This document shows positions 30,332-39,800 of a DNA stretch of 64,000 nt, one piece after another (position 1 is the first letter of the stretch; each line of letters begins with the position of its first letter). Position numbers and translations under genes: made by a program. The notes beneath the pieces are model-generated. The model was not told the DNA's origin. It did no database searches and saw only the letters and a program-made list of their open reading frames with translations. Location: the sequence record AP017925.1, one strand, 5' to 3'.

Positions 30332-30432
30332 AAAGCTGGGGCCTTTGGGCTCCAGCTTTTTTATGCCGCAACAAAAAAAAATAAGGGCATAAAGAGCAGA
30401 GCGAGCCATGTGGCTCGCTCTGCTCTATGACG
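30332..30432. terminator. Two back-to-back terminators (tube gene and DUF1281 gene)
   Basis: Stem plus TTTTTTATGCCGC on +; GGGCATAAAG-stem-CTATGACG for -. Confidence 0.8.
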
Positions 30433-30433
30433 A

Positions 30434-31177
30434 CTAACCGCCTTTGAAGCCCATATAGGGCTGTTCCCAATGGTTGTAAGGTTGACCAGCCGCCCACGGA
30501 AATACTGGAGGCGCTTCGTTTTTCTTCAGAGCCATTTCGACATCATGCTCTTTCCCCATGGGTACGTACTCTTCCGGATATTCCGTCGCATCTTCTTCCG
30601 GAACATATACACAACCACCCATCATAGCCATCCCTCGTTCGTACCATTCGAAATAGAAGGTGAATGTCGGGAAGCGTTTATGCATGGCTTCCAGAACAGG
30701 CCACGGCGGACCCCATGGCGTGTCAAAGTACAAGGTGTCATGCACATCGACCCAAGCTACGCTAGAGGCATTCCACTTCGTGCCCCAGTTTGCAACGCAC
30801 CACTCATAGCCGCCGCTATTGTAGCCGTCAGACGTATAACCTCTAGCGTCCTTCCCATATTTCTCCGCCATCTCTGCTTGGGTCAGACTTGCGCTGTCGT
30901 TATCCCGTTCGCGGAAATTTTCCGGGTAAGGTAGGAAGTTCTCGAAATCAAACAGCTTGCGTGTCTTGTCCGTGCGGAAATAATCGACAGAGAAAGAAAT
31001 GCCCTTCTCTTTCTCCCTAGCTGCCTTACTGGCGACTTCCAGCGCTTTCATCCGTTCAGCATAACGCGTGATGGATTCACGAAGAGCATCGAGAAACTCT
31101 TCTTTTTCAGCTTCTGGATAAAGCCAGTTGCCCGGACTCACCTTTAATTCATTACGGCACCAGTTTGGCATAATCAC
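30434..31177 (-). CDS. DUF1281/YubB (Api92-like) ferredoxin-fold protein
   Basis: MPNWC.N.L start; WCVANWGTKWN and FDTPWGPP motifs. Confidence 0.75.
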   Translation of the reverse strand: MIMPNWCRNELKVSPGNWLYPEAEKEEFLDALRESITRYAERMKALEVASKAAREKEKGISFSVDYFRTDKTRKLFDFENFLPYPENFRERDNDSASLTQAEMAEKYGKDARGYTSDGYNSGGYEWCVANWGTKWNASSVAWVDVHDTLYFDTPWGPPWPVLEAMHKRFPTFTFYFEWYERGMAMMGGCVYVPEEDATEYPEEYVPMGKEHDVEMALKKNEAPPVFPWAAGQPYNHWEQPYMGFKGG

Positions 31178-31470
31178 CGTTCCTTTTCAGATAGGCCTAA
31201 GTATTCCAATACAAAGGCGTGATTCTCGCGGGTGTGGTGGTCGTCGAATTCCTTTCTGCCGAGGTAGGCTTCAACCTGTCCGATGGTCGGAGTGTCGTTG
31301 TAATAGCCAGAAACCAAAGTGTTGAACCGAGCATGCCGACAATAGGAACACTTCAGAACATCTTGAGGAGTGTGTCCGCTGATGCAACTGTTTCGAATCT
31401 TACGCCGCTCGACAGGCGTAACATTTTCCGTTTCATTGAAACGCTGTCTGATGTGGTCCGGGATATTCAT
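31174..31470 (-). CDS. Hypothetical protein
   Basis: 98 aa; stop overlaps the next start. Confidence 0.6.
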   Translation of the reverse strand: MNIPDHIRQRFNETENVTPVERRKIRNSCISGHTPQDVLKCSYCRHARFNTLVSGYYNDTPTIGQVEAYLGRKEFDDHHTRENHAFVLEYLGLSEKER

Positions 31471-31705
31471 TTTCTTTTACCAAAAAAATAAATCGGCATA
31501 AGAAGCGAGGACTCTTTCGAGTCCTCGCTCTTAGGAATTGTGACGTGGGAACCGAAGTTCCCACGAGTCCTTGACCTGATGTGGTTTCTGATGAGGGGAG
31601 TTGTTTATGGGCGAACCCAAGCAGGTCCCTTTTCCTGCACCACGTGCGGTCTTCGCAGTCTTTCGACCACAGGCAGGACCACTTGCCTTCTTCCAGCAGG
31701 AAGCC

Positions 31706-32209
31706 TTACAGATCGGCTGCTTCGGCCAGGGCCTTCATGTTGTTCTTGATGGCTGCCCACTCGGTCTGGGTGCGGGTGGACACCACGTTGATGCGGCCAA
31801 CGCCGATCGAGCCTACGTAGTTCGACACTTCGCCGGTCTTGACGTTGCGGCTGGTGCCGGTACGTTTGAACACGCCTTCGTAGCTGTCCTTCTTGAACAC
31901 CGGGGCGTTCAGGGTTGCGGATTGCAGATCCTTGTTGCCCTTGAAGGCTTCGACAGCGACTTCCGAGCCGGCCTTGGTGGCGGCGTTGCTGAACAGGTCG
32001 GTGTACTCGCGATCGCGCTTGTAGGAAGCTTCGGTCAGGCCTTCGGGAGCATGCTCGAAGAAGGCACCGGCCGGCAGAGTCATCACGCCGGTGGCGTTGT
32101 CGATGGTGATCTGGCCTTTCAGCTTGTCAGCCAGCTGGACCAGGTCTTCCTTGAACTTGATTTCGACGTTGGCTTCGGCGGCGACTGCGGCGTTGTTGGC
32201 TTCGGACAT
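31706..32209 (-). CDS. Probably highly expressed hypothetical protein
   Basis: GAGGA SD; extreme codon bias comparable to phuZ and sheath. Confidence 0.8.
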   Translation of the reverse strand: MSEANNAAVAAEANVEIKFKEDLVQLADKLKGQITIDNATGVMTLPAGAFFEHAPEGLTEASYKRDREYTDLFSNAATKAGSEVAVEAFKGNKDLQSATLNAPVFKKDSYEGVFKRTGTSRNVKTGEVSNYVGSIGVGRINVVSTRTQTEWAAIKNNMKALAEAADL

Positions 32210-32296
32210 GATGGTATTCCTCTTTACAAATGGGTCAGTTGAAAAATGTGAGATGGCTCAGTTAGAGTCCCGAGCCAAGACTGTCGGGAAACTTGC

Positions 32297-32491
32297 TTAC
32301 TTCTTGAACTTCTCGACCAGCTTGTCGAGCTGACCGGGAGACGGTGCATGGCGAACGGGCACGCCTTTGGGAGGCTTGCCGTCGGCTTCTTTCGTTTCGA
32401 CCTTGTTGACGAACACGGTCGAGTTGTCGACCGGATCACTGAAAGCGAGACCGGCGGTGCCGTGTGCTTTCACTGCAGTTGCTTTTGTCAT
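32297..32491 (-). CDS. Small Lys-rich hypothetical protein
   Basis: 64 aa with biased codons. Confidence 0.6.
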   Translation of the reverse strand: MTKATAVKAHGTAGLAFSDPVDNSTVFVNKVETKEADGKPPKGVPVRHAPSPGQLDKLVEKFKK

Positions 32492-32556
32492 TGAGGATAG
32501 GTACTCTCAGAAACGCGAGGGTTTATCTCGCATGAAATACACTGCTCGCTGTAAAA

Positions 32557-33330
32557 TTACTCCACAGCGGCAGTTACGTAACCGTCAATCTCGACGTGGT
32601 AGATGAAACCTTCGGGAGTCTGGTAGAAGCGATTAGTACCGAGATTCGCAACACCGCCCATGATCGAGTAGCGTTGTTCGGCGCGCATGTGCTTCAAGAC
32701 GCACGGAATGGCGATCTCAGGATCGAAGCTTTCATCCTTCTCGCCAGCAGTGATACCAGTCACCTTGGTGCAGAGGTTATCCAGAGTACCGGAGTCCTCT
32801 TCTGCCTTCAACTCAGCGAGATCGCCAGGCCGAAGCTTATTAAGGCTTTCCAGCGCATCTTCAACCAGCTGGTTCTTCTTCATCAGCCGTGTGAACTCAC
32901 GGCACACGCCAGTGACGAAGCTCACGAGCACGAAGCCTTTATGGTCAGGCGGAATGCCTTCCTTGAAGAGGCGTTCGTTGAACTGCGGCAGCGTCGGGAT
33001 GCGTACTTGAACACGGCAGAGGAATTCGCCGCGTTCCACAGAGCTACGAGTCACGCTTGCGACATCGTAGTTGGAATTCTCGACGATCTCCATCAGGCGA
33101 TCGAAAGCACCGTGTTGCGGCGGCAGATCGTAGTAGATGCTGCGGCCGCGGAGGAACAAACCACCTTGACTGCGCAGCGTGGTAGTCACTTGATCGCGGA
33201 ATACCTTGCTGAAGTTGCTGATCTGATTTTGGTAGGTCTCTTCCGGTGAGACCGGGACAGCATGCAGCGCCATCAACTTGCCGTGCCTTGGGTCTCGACC
33301 CACATAGCGAAATTGTTCCAGTTGCTCCAT
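32557..33330 (-). CDS. Hypothetical protein, probably early
   Basis: GGAGA SD; downstream of CATATTAC at 33443-33450. Confidence 0.75.
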   Translation of the reverse strand: MEQLEQFRYVGRDPRHGKLMALHAVPVSPEETYQNQISNFSKVFRDQVTTTLRSQGGLFLRGRSIYYDLPPQHGAFDRLMEIVENSNYDVASVTRSSVERGEFLCRVQVRIPTLPQFNERLFKEGIPPDHKGFVLVSFVTGVCREFTRLMKKNQLVEDALESLNKLRPGDLAELKAEEDSGTLDNLCTKVTGITAGEKDESFDPEIAIPCVLKHMRAEQRYSIMGGVANLGTNRFYQTPEGFIYHVEIDGYVTAAVE

Positions 33331-33442
33331 GAACGTCTCCTGTAGAGTGCAATGTGAAGAAAGCCTCCATGCCGGAGTTCTTCATGAAAGAATAGGGTAG
33401 AAGTTAAATCATGCTGGCGTACAGCACGAATATCTCACATTG

Positions 33443-33450
33443 GTAATATG
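33443..33450 (-). promoter_or_regulatory. Early-type promoter motif CATATTAC
   Basis: TTTCA-GAGA-CATATTAC, intergenic. Confidence 0.65.
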
Positions 33451-33486
33451 TCTCTGAAAAGTTTTTGAATCCAATGTCACGAAAAT

Positions 33487-33543
33487 GCGGCATAAAAGGC
33501 CCACCAGAGGCCCATAGAAGGCCTCCAGTGGGTTTTTACTGCC
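33487..33543 (-). terminator. Protease gene terminator
   Basis: Bulged stem followed by TTTTATGCCGC on the minus strand. Confidence 0.7.
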
Positions 33544-33560
33544 TTGGGTAGACCAACCCC

Positions 33561-34334
33561 TTACCAGTTAGACCAAACGGCCTGCTGACGGTTCTTTGCG
33601 GCGGCAGGAAGCTCCCAGCCGAAAGCATTCATCAGCTCGTGTACGTTGAGCTGAACGCTTTCGTTGCCTACACCGCTGGCTTCGATGAGTTGGGTAGAAC
33701 CCGCCTCGACTTGACCGCGAGTGAAGGTGACGTCTTCCAAACCTTCCAGAGCCGGTGAGTTGAATTTCTCGGCGACAGCCATCCCCGGTTCGTTCACGTA
33801 GTCGAACGTGACGATCGTCTTGATGTAGCGATTGATGACGCCTCGCTCCATCCGGTCATCGGTGAACGAGCGAATCGAGAAGCACACGTTCTCGGCCGGG
33901 TTCTGGAGTTGCTTTTCCAGTACATAGCCGAGCGGACCGTTCGGCGCCACCTCAGCGAGGATGGCAACGATTGGACGACCTTGGTCGTCTTTGTAGTTCT
34001 CGAAATCCAACCAGACAGAGGCAAAGTGAACACAAACCTTGTCTTCGTGGATTTGCAACAGGCGTGCGTAGAACGCCTGCATCGACATCGCGGGATCGCG
34101 ACGGGGGTGACCATATTCGCCGCGCAGTGCGCCGCGCTTGACGCGACGCATGAACGAGCTGGATTCCTCGAAGAACTGTTTCGCGGCATCAGCGCGGTAG
34201 TACATCCCGGCGCTGTTGAACATGTTCAACGCACCAATGACCATCACGTAGTAGCCGCGCTCATTCTTCTTCAAGTCACCCACCTTGTTCGTACCGTTCA
34301 GGCGGGTACAGGTGAATGTGACGTTGTTGAACAT
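33561..34334 (-). CDS. Prohead maturation protease (gp175-like)
   Basis: LRGEYGHP (His), FSIRS (Ser) and TFDYVNEPG motifs; C-terminal ALE-G candidate autocleavage site. Confidence 0.9.
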   Translation of the reverse strand: MFNNVTFTCTRLNGTNKVGDLKKNERGYYVMVIGALNMFNSAGMYYRADAAKQFFEESSSFMRRVKRGALRGEYGHPRRDPAMSMQAFYARLLQIHEDKVCVHFASVWLDFENYKDDQGRPIVAILAEVAPNGPLGYVLEKQLQNPAENVCFSIRSFTDDRMERGVINRYIKTIVTFDYVNEPGMAVAEKFNSPALEGLEDVTFTRGQVEAGSTQLIEASGVGNESVQLNVHELMNAFGWELPAAAKNRQQAVWSNW

Positions 34335-34340
34335 GATTCC

Positions 34341-35063
34341 TTAGCTAAAGAGAATCTCCTCCAAGCGTTCCGTACGCTCAGACGGAGAGTTGATTGCCGA
34401 GACCGTACCGTTACGGAAGTAGCCGCCGCCGAGCTTATGCACAGCGTTGGTGGCGGACAGTGTTACATCCTTGAGAGATGCGTAATACGGCGGTGCACTG
34501 ACGATATCGTCAACGGACTCGATCACCTGACGGTAATACTGCACACGGTTCTTGGGGTTCCGTGCGCTAATCGAAACCAGCAACTCCGTCACTTCCTTGT
34601 TGGAGCCAATGTTGGCGCCGGCATGGTAGCGAGCGGTGTCGAAGATCTTGGCCAGGTCGAAATAATTCAAGTACCAAGGCACACGGGCCTTGGCAATGAT
34701 CTCGTCGTAGATTTTGTACGTGAGCGTGTCGGTCTTGGCCAGTTTCAGGTTCGGAATCACGACACTACCCGGATAGAAGACGAATTCGAGATATTCATCC
34801 TCACCCACCATCACCCGGTTGATCTCAGCCGGATCAAGACGCAACATAGCGTTGACCATCATGATACCGTACTGATCACCCACCACGATCGCGCAGATCC
34901 CGATGATGTACGTTTCTGCCCCCAACGAAGCCAGACCTCGCTCTGCAAAACGGGACGGCACGTAGATCTTGCAACCTTTTTCAGTCACAAGCGTGTCGTC
35001 CGGCATGTCGTGCAGGGTAGCGAGGACACTCTTCGGGTTGCGTACCAACTGTCGAATGTCCAT
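34341..35063 (-). CDS. Fifth virion RNAP subunit, gp176-like (SPN3US gp244-like)
   Basis: Synteny between protease and gp177-like gene; 240 aa; terminal ERTERLEEIL. Confidence 0.65.
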   Translation of the reverse strand: MDIRQLVRNPKSVLATLHDMPDDTLVTEKGCKIYVPSRFAERGLASLGAETYIIGICAIVVGDQYGIMMVNAMLRLDPAEINRVMVGEDEYLEFVFYPGSVVIPNLKLAKTDTLTYKIYDEIIAKARVPWYLNYFDLAKIFDTARYHAGANIGSNKEVTELLVSISARNPKNRVQYYRQVIESVDDIVSAPPYYASLKDVTLSATNAVHKLGGGYFRNGTVSAINSPSERTERLEEILFS

Positions 35064-35073
35064 CGCTTATCCC

Positions 35074-36552
35074 TTAAGCCAGCAGTGCGTCCTTGGCGGT
35101 AAACACCTGAACCTGATTGGCAGCAACCGGGTCCATAGCCTTACCGATCCAACGGCACACGTACTCGGTAACCGAGATATTTGCAGCTTCGGTGGCGTTC
35201 AGGCCGGGGTTGTTTTCACGCGCACGTTGCATGCCAGAGAGGATCTCGTAGGCGTCGGTCTCGTAGAACCGAGCTTCGCAGGCCAGACGCAGCGCCAGCG
35301 AGCTGAGATCATCGAAGTCCTTCGGCTGCAGGGTATGCGAGATCTTGAGGATCATCGCACGCGACGAAGCACGTTTCTGCACCGGGAAGTCTTCCGGCGT
35401 GTAATCACGCGCCAAGTATTCCCACTCGCACACCAGAGCTTCACGCATCTTCAGCAAACGCTTCTGATCGTAGAAGGCACGGTTGTAGGCGTAGTGGCGG
35501 CTCCAGGTCGATTCCAGCAGGTCCTTGTTGGCCAGCAGGCGATCCAGACGGACTTCCTTCTGCGGTTGCAGCAGGTTGCCCAGCAGGACTTCGTTCGTGC
35601 CACCCTGGGTAAGGAAGTCACGATAGACAGCAGCGTTGACGATCAGCTTGACCGAACCACCCGGCGAGGTCTCAGTGCCGATGACTAGGATGCCGGATTG
35701 GCTATCGCGGTCGAGGCGTTCGAGTTCGTGGCACAGACGCAGGCCCGACTGAGTACGGTAACGCACCATGGCGTCTTCGTACGCAGCGGAGGACATGTTC
35801 GCACCGTCCAGCGGCGCATTCCAGATGCGGCGGGTAACGAGGAACACCATCAGAGCAGTGTCGACGTTTTCACGGCCACTGATGAAAGCATCCAGCCCGG
35901 TGCTCGGCACCGGGTCAGTAAAGCGCCGGCAGAAGATCTCTTTCCAGCGCGCAGCCAGCCAGCCTTCTTCCTTCTTGGCGAAGTGTTCAGCAATGGCGGC
36001 ATCCACCGAAGCGGCGCCAGTCATCATGAACGTACGGATCTGGTTGTCATCCAGTTCGGGCATGCCGCTGAGCAGTTCTTCACGGGTGAAGACGGCATCG
36101 CGGTTCAGCTGGATCGAGCTGATCAGCGACGGCTCCGACAGCGGACCGGGCTGGGTGTGCATCACGACTTCCACGCCGTTGTCCGGGTTGCCGCCGATCA
36201 GTTCCATAGCCTGGGTCAAACGACCGGCATAGGCATCAACGAATGGCGCTACCACGGTACGGGCGTAGAACAGGTGCTTCTGCAGCTTCTCAGCCAGGAA
36301 GTCCGAGGTTTCTTCCATCCGGGCGGTATGCTCGGAATAGCCGGTAGCGTTGCTGGCCTGATCAGTCAGAGCACACATCGCTCCCAGATCGTGGTGATAT
36401 TCCCCGCCCTGCTGCGCCGGGTCGAAGTTGATGTAGGTTGCAGCAACCAAAGTGGCAAGCAAACTGCCAGGCTTTGCAACAAGCGCGATGTTTTTTTCAT
36501 CGAGGGCCTTGGTGGTGATGTAGGTGCTTTCAGCAGCTTGGAGAGTCAGCAT
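35074..36552 (-). CDS. Head protein, gp177-like
   Basis: 492 aa; synteny in the gp175-gp182 block. Confidence 0.65.
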   Translation of the reverse strand: MLTLQAAESTYITTKALDEKNIALVAKPGSLLATLVAATYINFDPAQQGGEYHHDLGAMCALTDQASNATGYSEHTARMEETSDFLAEKLQKHLFYARTVVAPFVDAYAGRLTQAMELIGGNPDNGVEVVMHTQPGPLSEPSLISSIQLNRDAVFTREELLSGMPELDDNQIRTFMMTGAASVDAAIAEHFAKKEEGWLAARWKEIFCRRFTDPVPSTGLDAFISGRENVDTALMVFLVTRRIWNAPLDGANMSSAAYEDAMVRYRTQSGLRLCHELERLDRDSQSGILVIGTETSPGGSVKLIVNAAVYRDFLTQGGTNEVLLGNLLQPQKEVRLDRLLANKDLLESTWSRHYAYNRAFYDQKRLLKMREALVCEWEYLARDYTPEDFPVQKRASSRAMILKISHTLQPKDFDDLSSLALRLACEARFYETDAYEILSGMQRARENNPGLNATEAANISVTEYVCRWIGKAMDPVAANQVQVFTAKDALLA

Positions 36553-36555
36553 TTC

Positions 36556-36750
36556 TTAGCCTCCGGTGCGCTTGGCGATTTCTTGCTGGAAGATCACCTG
36601 TGCAGTGTTGTAGGTAGTCTGACGCGACAGCTCGGTGCCTTGCAGCGTACGAGAGATCGCATCAGTGTTGAGCTTTTCGATGACCCGAGCAGCGAGTTCG
36701 GCTCCATTGGCCAGAACCGCCGCAGTCATGACAGATTGCTTGTTTTTCAT
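36556..36750 (-). CDS. Small helical protein between vRNAP beta and gp177-like genes
   Basis: 64 aa; tight spacing to the next gene. Confidence 0.6.
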   Translation of the reverse strand: MKNKQSVMTAAVLANGAELAARVIEKLNTDAISRTLQGTELSRQTTYNTAQVIFQQEIAKRTGG

Positions 36751-36810
36751 GAGACTGTTGGTCCGCTGATGTTGGTAAGAAAAATCCGCGTGTGGCGTGA
36801 CACATGAAAG

Positions 36811-36847
36811 AGGCTACGTGGCGTGAACCACGTAGCCTTTTATGCCA
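36811..36847. terminator. Hairpin after the vRNAP beta gene
   Basis: AGGCTACGTGG/CCACGTAGCCT stem plus TTTATGCCAC on +. Confidence 0.7.
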
Positions 36848-36848
36848 C

Positions 36849-39800
36849 TTAACCGCCGCGGTAAGCCTTGATTACCCGTTTCGCTGCTACCATCAGCAGC
36901 GTCGTGGTGGTTCCAATGAGGTACGGCGAGGTCACGATACGATCCGCCACCGATTTAGCACCGAAGATAGCGTCAATCTCGACACCTGACTCCGAACGAA
37001 CGTTGTCGTTGAATACCCGTCCGAAAACGGTCTTCATCTGGTTACCGAAGACGCCTTTGTCACCCACACCGGCAGACACCTTCGCACTCATGTAAACACG
37101 AATGCAAGCAGTATCCATCAACAGGGGGTCAGTGCCGATACGGAACTCATCAGACACTTGGCCAGAGTAGGCCTTACGTCCAATGGAGGTGTTCCGGGCA
37201 GCGATCTTTTTATCCGAGAACATTGCGAGGGCGCGCAGAGACGGACTCATGTCTTCGAGATCGCCGTTGTAGTAGACCTCGATGCGCTCGATCTTGCCCT
37301 TGATTTTGGCCTGGGGAGTTTGGGCACCCAGAACACGCAAGGTGTCCAGAGTTTCCTCGTCCAGGAATTGGTTTCGGGCCGAAAGCGCATCTTCAATGAT
37401 GCATAACATACTTTCGGGCTCTACCGCTTCCCCTTCCTTAACCATGCGATGAATCTCCTGGTCGAAGTTCACCACAATGTCCTTGATCTTGACCTGTTCC
37501 GTGATCAATTTCTTGGTCAGCTTCACAGAGATCGCAGACGAGTCCTCAAGAGTATCCGGCGATTCCATCAACGCCACTTTTGCCAGCGTTGCGGACTTCC
37601 AGATGATCTGCTTCGGATTGAGCATATCGCGCTCAAAGAACCCAGTGTTGTAGGCAATCGGTTCACCTACTTCAAAGGCTTGACCTACCACCATATCGGT
37701 AGCGATGGTGTGCGGAATCGTGAGACCCGCGGCATTACCGTAGCGACGCCCCAGCACCACGCCTAGCTTCTCACCGTCAGCAAACTCGACAATGATACCG
37801 TCAGGCTTGACCGAGAGCACCTTACCAGGTTTCTTGGCCGTAACTGCGAACATGTCACCAACACGGTGTGGAATCACCTGCTCGTAGCCAGTCCGTACCA
37901 TCGCTTGGGTGTAACCATCGCAGGCCACCACGTGACGGTTCTGAATACCGATAAAGTTCACCCGTTTCGGGTCGTCCTTGGTGGAACCAGGCGATACCAG
38001 TGCCGAGGTCGACAGCAGCGAAGTCGCGCCACCCGTTGCCGGGTCATACGGCTTGCTCGTACCGCGCAGCGAGTTGAACTGCGGATCAGCCGACGTAAAC
38101 ACGTTGATAGCCACATCAGACGAGTCCACCGTCGACTCAGAGATCACTCCCATATCGTTGCGGTGGTAGATACGCGTAGACTTCACCATCGAGCGCGAAC
38201 CACGACCACCCGTACCCGAGTAGGTCACTGCTTCGTTTTCTTTCAGGTTCTGGATCGGGTTGATTTCCGATACTTGATCCTTGGCCGGGTCTTGCTGGAT
38301 CGCAATCCACACAGCGTACGGATTGACTTCCAGACCGTAACGATGTTTGCCCGGACGACCGTTGTGGATACGAACGGCACGCACCAGTTCCGAATACACA
38401 GCGCCAGCAAAGCGCTCGTAGCCCTTGATCCGCATGTAGCGGGTATCTTGGCTATCCGGGTGTTTGTCGTCGGTGAGCATCTCGCTAGCCCGCACCAACA
38501 GTTTGGTAAAGACCGTCGGTTCACCCATCTCGATCAGCAGATCGCGAGTAATTGGATCGACAAACATCTGTTCCAGTTGATCCAGCTCACGCAAGTAACG
38601 CACACCCAACTTCTTCTCTTCGAAGAGGTTAAAGTACACGTCCTTCTTGTTAAACTCCTCGCTCGGGAAGCGAGAAGTCGTTTCGCTGAAATCACGCCAG
38701 CCGCCTAACACCATCGTTGCCAGCTTGTCACGACGCGAGAAGACGTACGTTTTGTCGTCGAAGTTAATCGACCACTCATCGTCCACCAGCCCAGCGCGCT
38801 TACCCACCGGCACGATTCGCATCGACGGCGGATTCAGCATGTGCAGTACGGCATCCCAGCCCAGCAGATAACCCAGCACCACACCCACCGGCACCAACTT
38901 ACTGAACACCTTCAGCTCAGCAAACTCCACTGGCGCCTTACGGGCATCCAGACCGAGGATAGTCTCGATCGACGGAGCGGCGCGCATCTCACCCTTGTAC
39001 TCGTGGATGTAGAGGTTCTCGTCCCAGCCTACCAACAGCTCAGTCTTCGTTTCCTCATGCACGCCCATTACCACCATTGCTGGTTTCATGCGCAGCGTGA
39101 TCATCTTCGACATGTCGAAGTTACACTTGAATGGCTTGCCTTCCACCATCAGCGTGAATTCACGGAAGCCCATGGCAATCGCGCTGTAGGTACGCGGCGC
39201 GTAGACTTCCTTCTCGAAAGCCGAGCCCGGGATCATGTTGGTCACGATAGTGTCCGACACGTTCAGGCCGTGAGCCATGATCGCATTGCGAATCCACTTG
39301 CCCCAGTCGTTCACACGACGTTGGCTGCGCTCAGTGAACACCTTACCGTAGTAACTGGTGAGAGCCACTTGGTCAGGCGCGATCTTACGGATTGGCATGT
39401 CACCACGCTGCATCCGCATACGGTAGTTTACACCGTTGATCTTGAAATTGCCTTCATCGTCAACCTTCGGGATCTTCATCGGGATCGTCGAAGCAGCGCC
39501 CTCGATCGGTTTAACCCGGATGCTGTACTCGTAATGGGAGCCGGTGATGTCTTCCACCTCTTCCATTTCGTAGTTGTCAATCATCACGCCGGCTGATTGC
39601 AGTTGCGACACCATCGACGAGATGTCGCGTTGCATCACTTCGCGAGAGTAGCGCTTGTTCCAATCCAAGAGCGAACTCTTGAGCATGGTTTTGTCCACGA
39701 TGGTCTGTTGATCAGGAATCGCTGGCGACTCTTCGATCTTCAGCTTCTCAGGTGGAACCTTGACGAACTCAGCCATCGTGCCTTCATGACCAAGCGGAGC

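Noticed and set aside
31588-31595. CTGATGAG hammerhead core
   Set aside because: No stem II followed by GAAA, and the tetraloops in this region read on the opposite strand.
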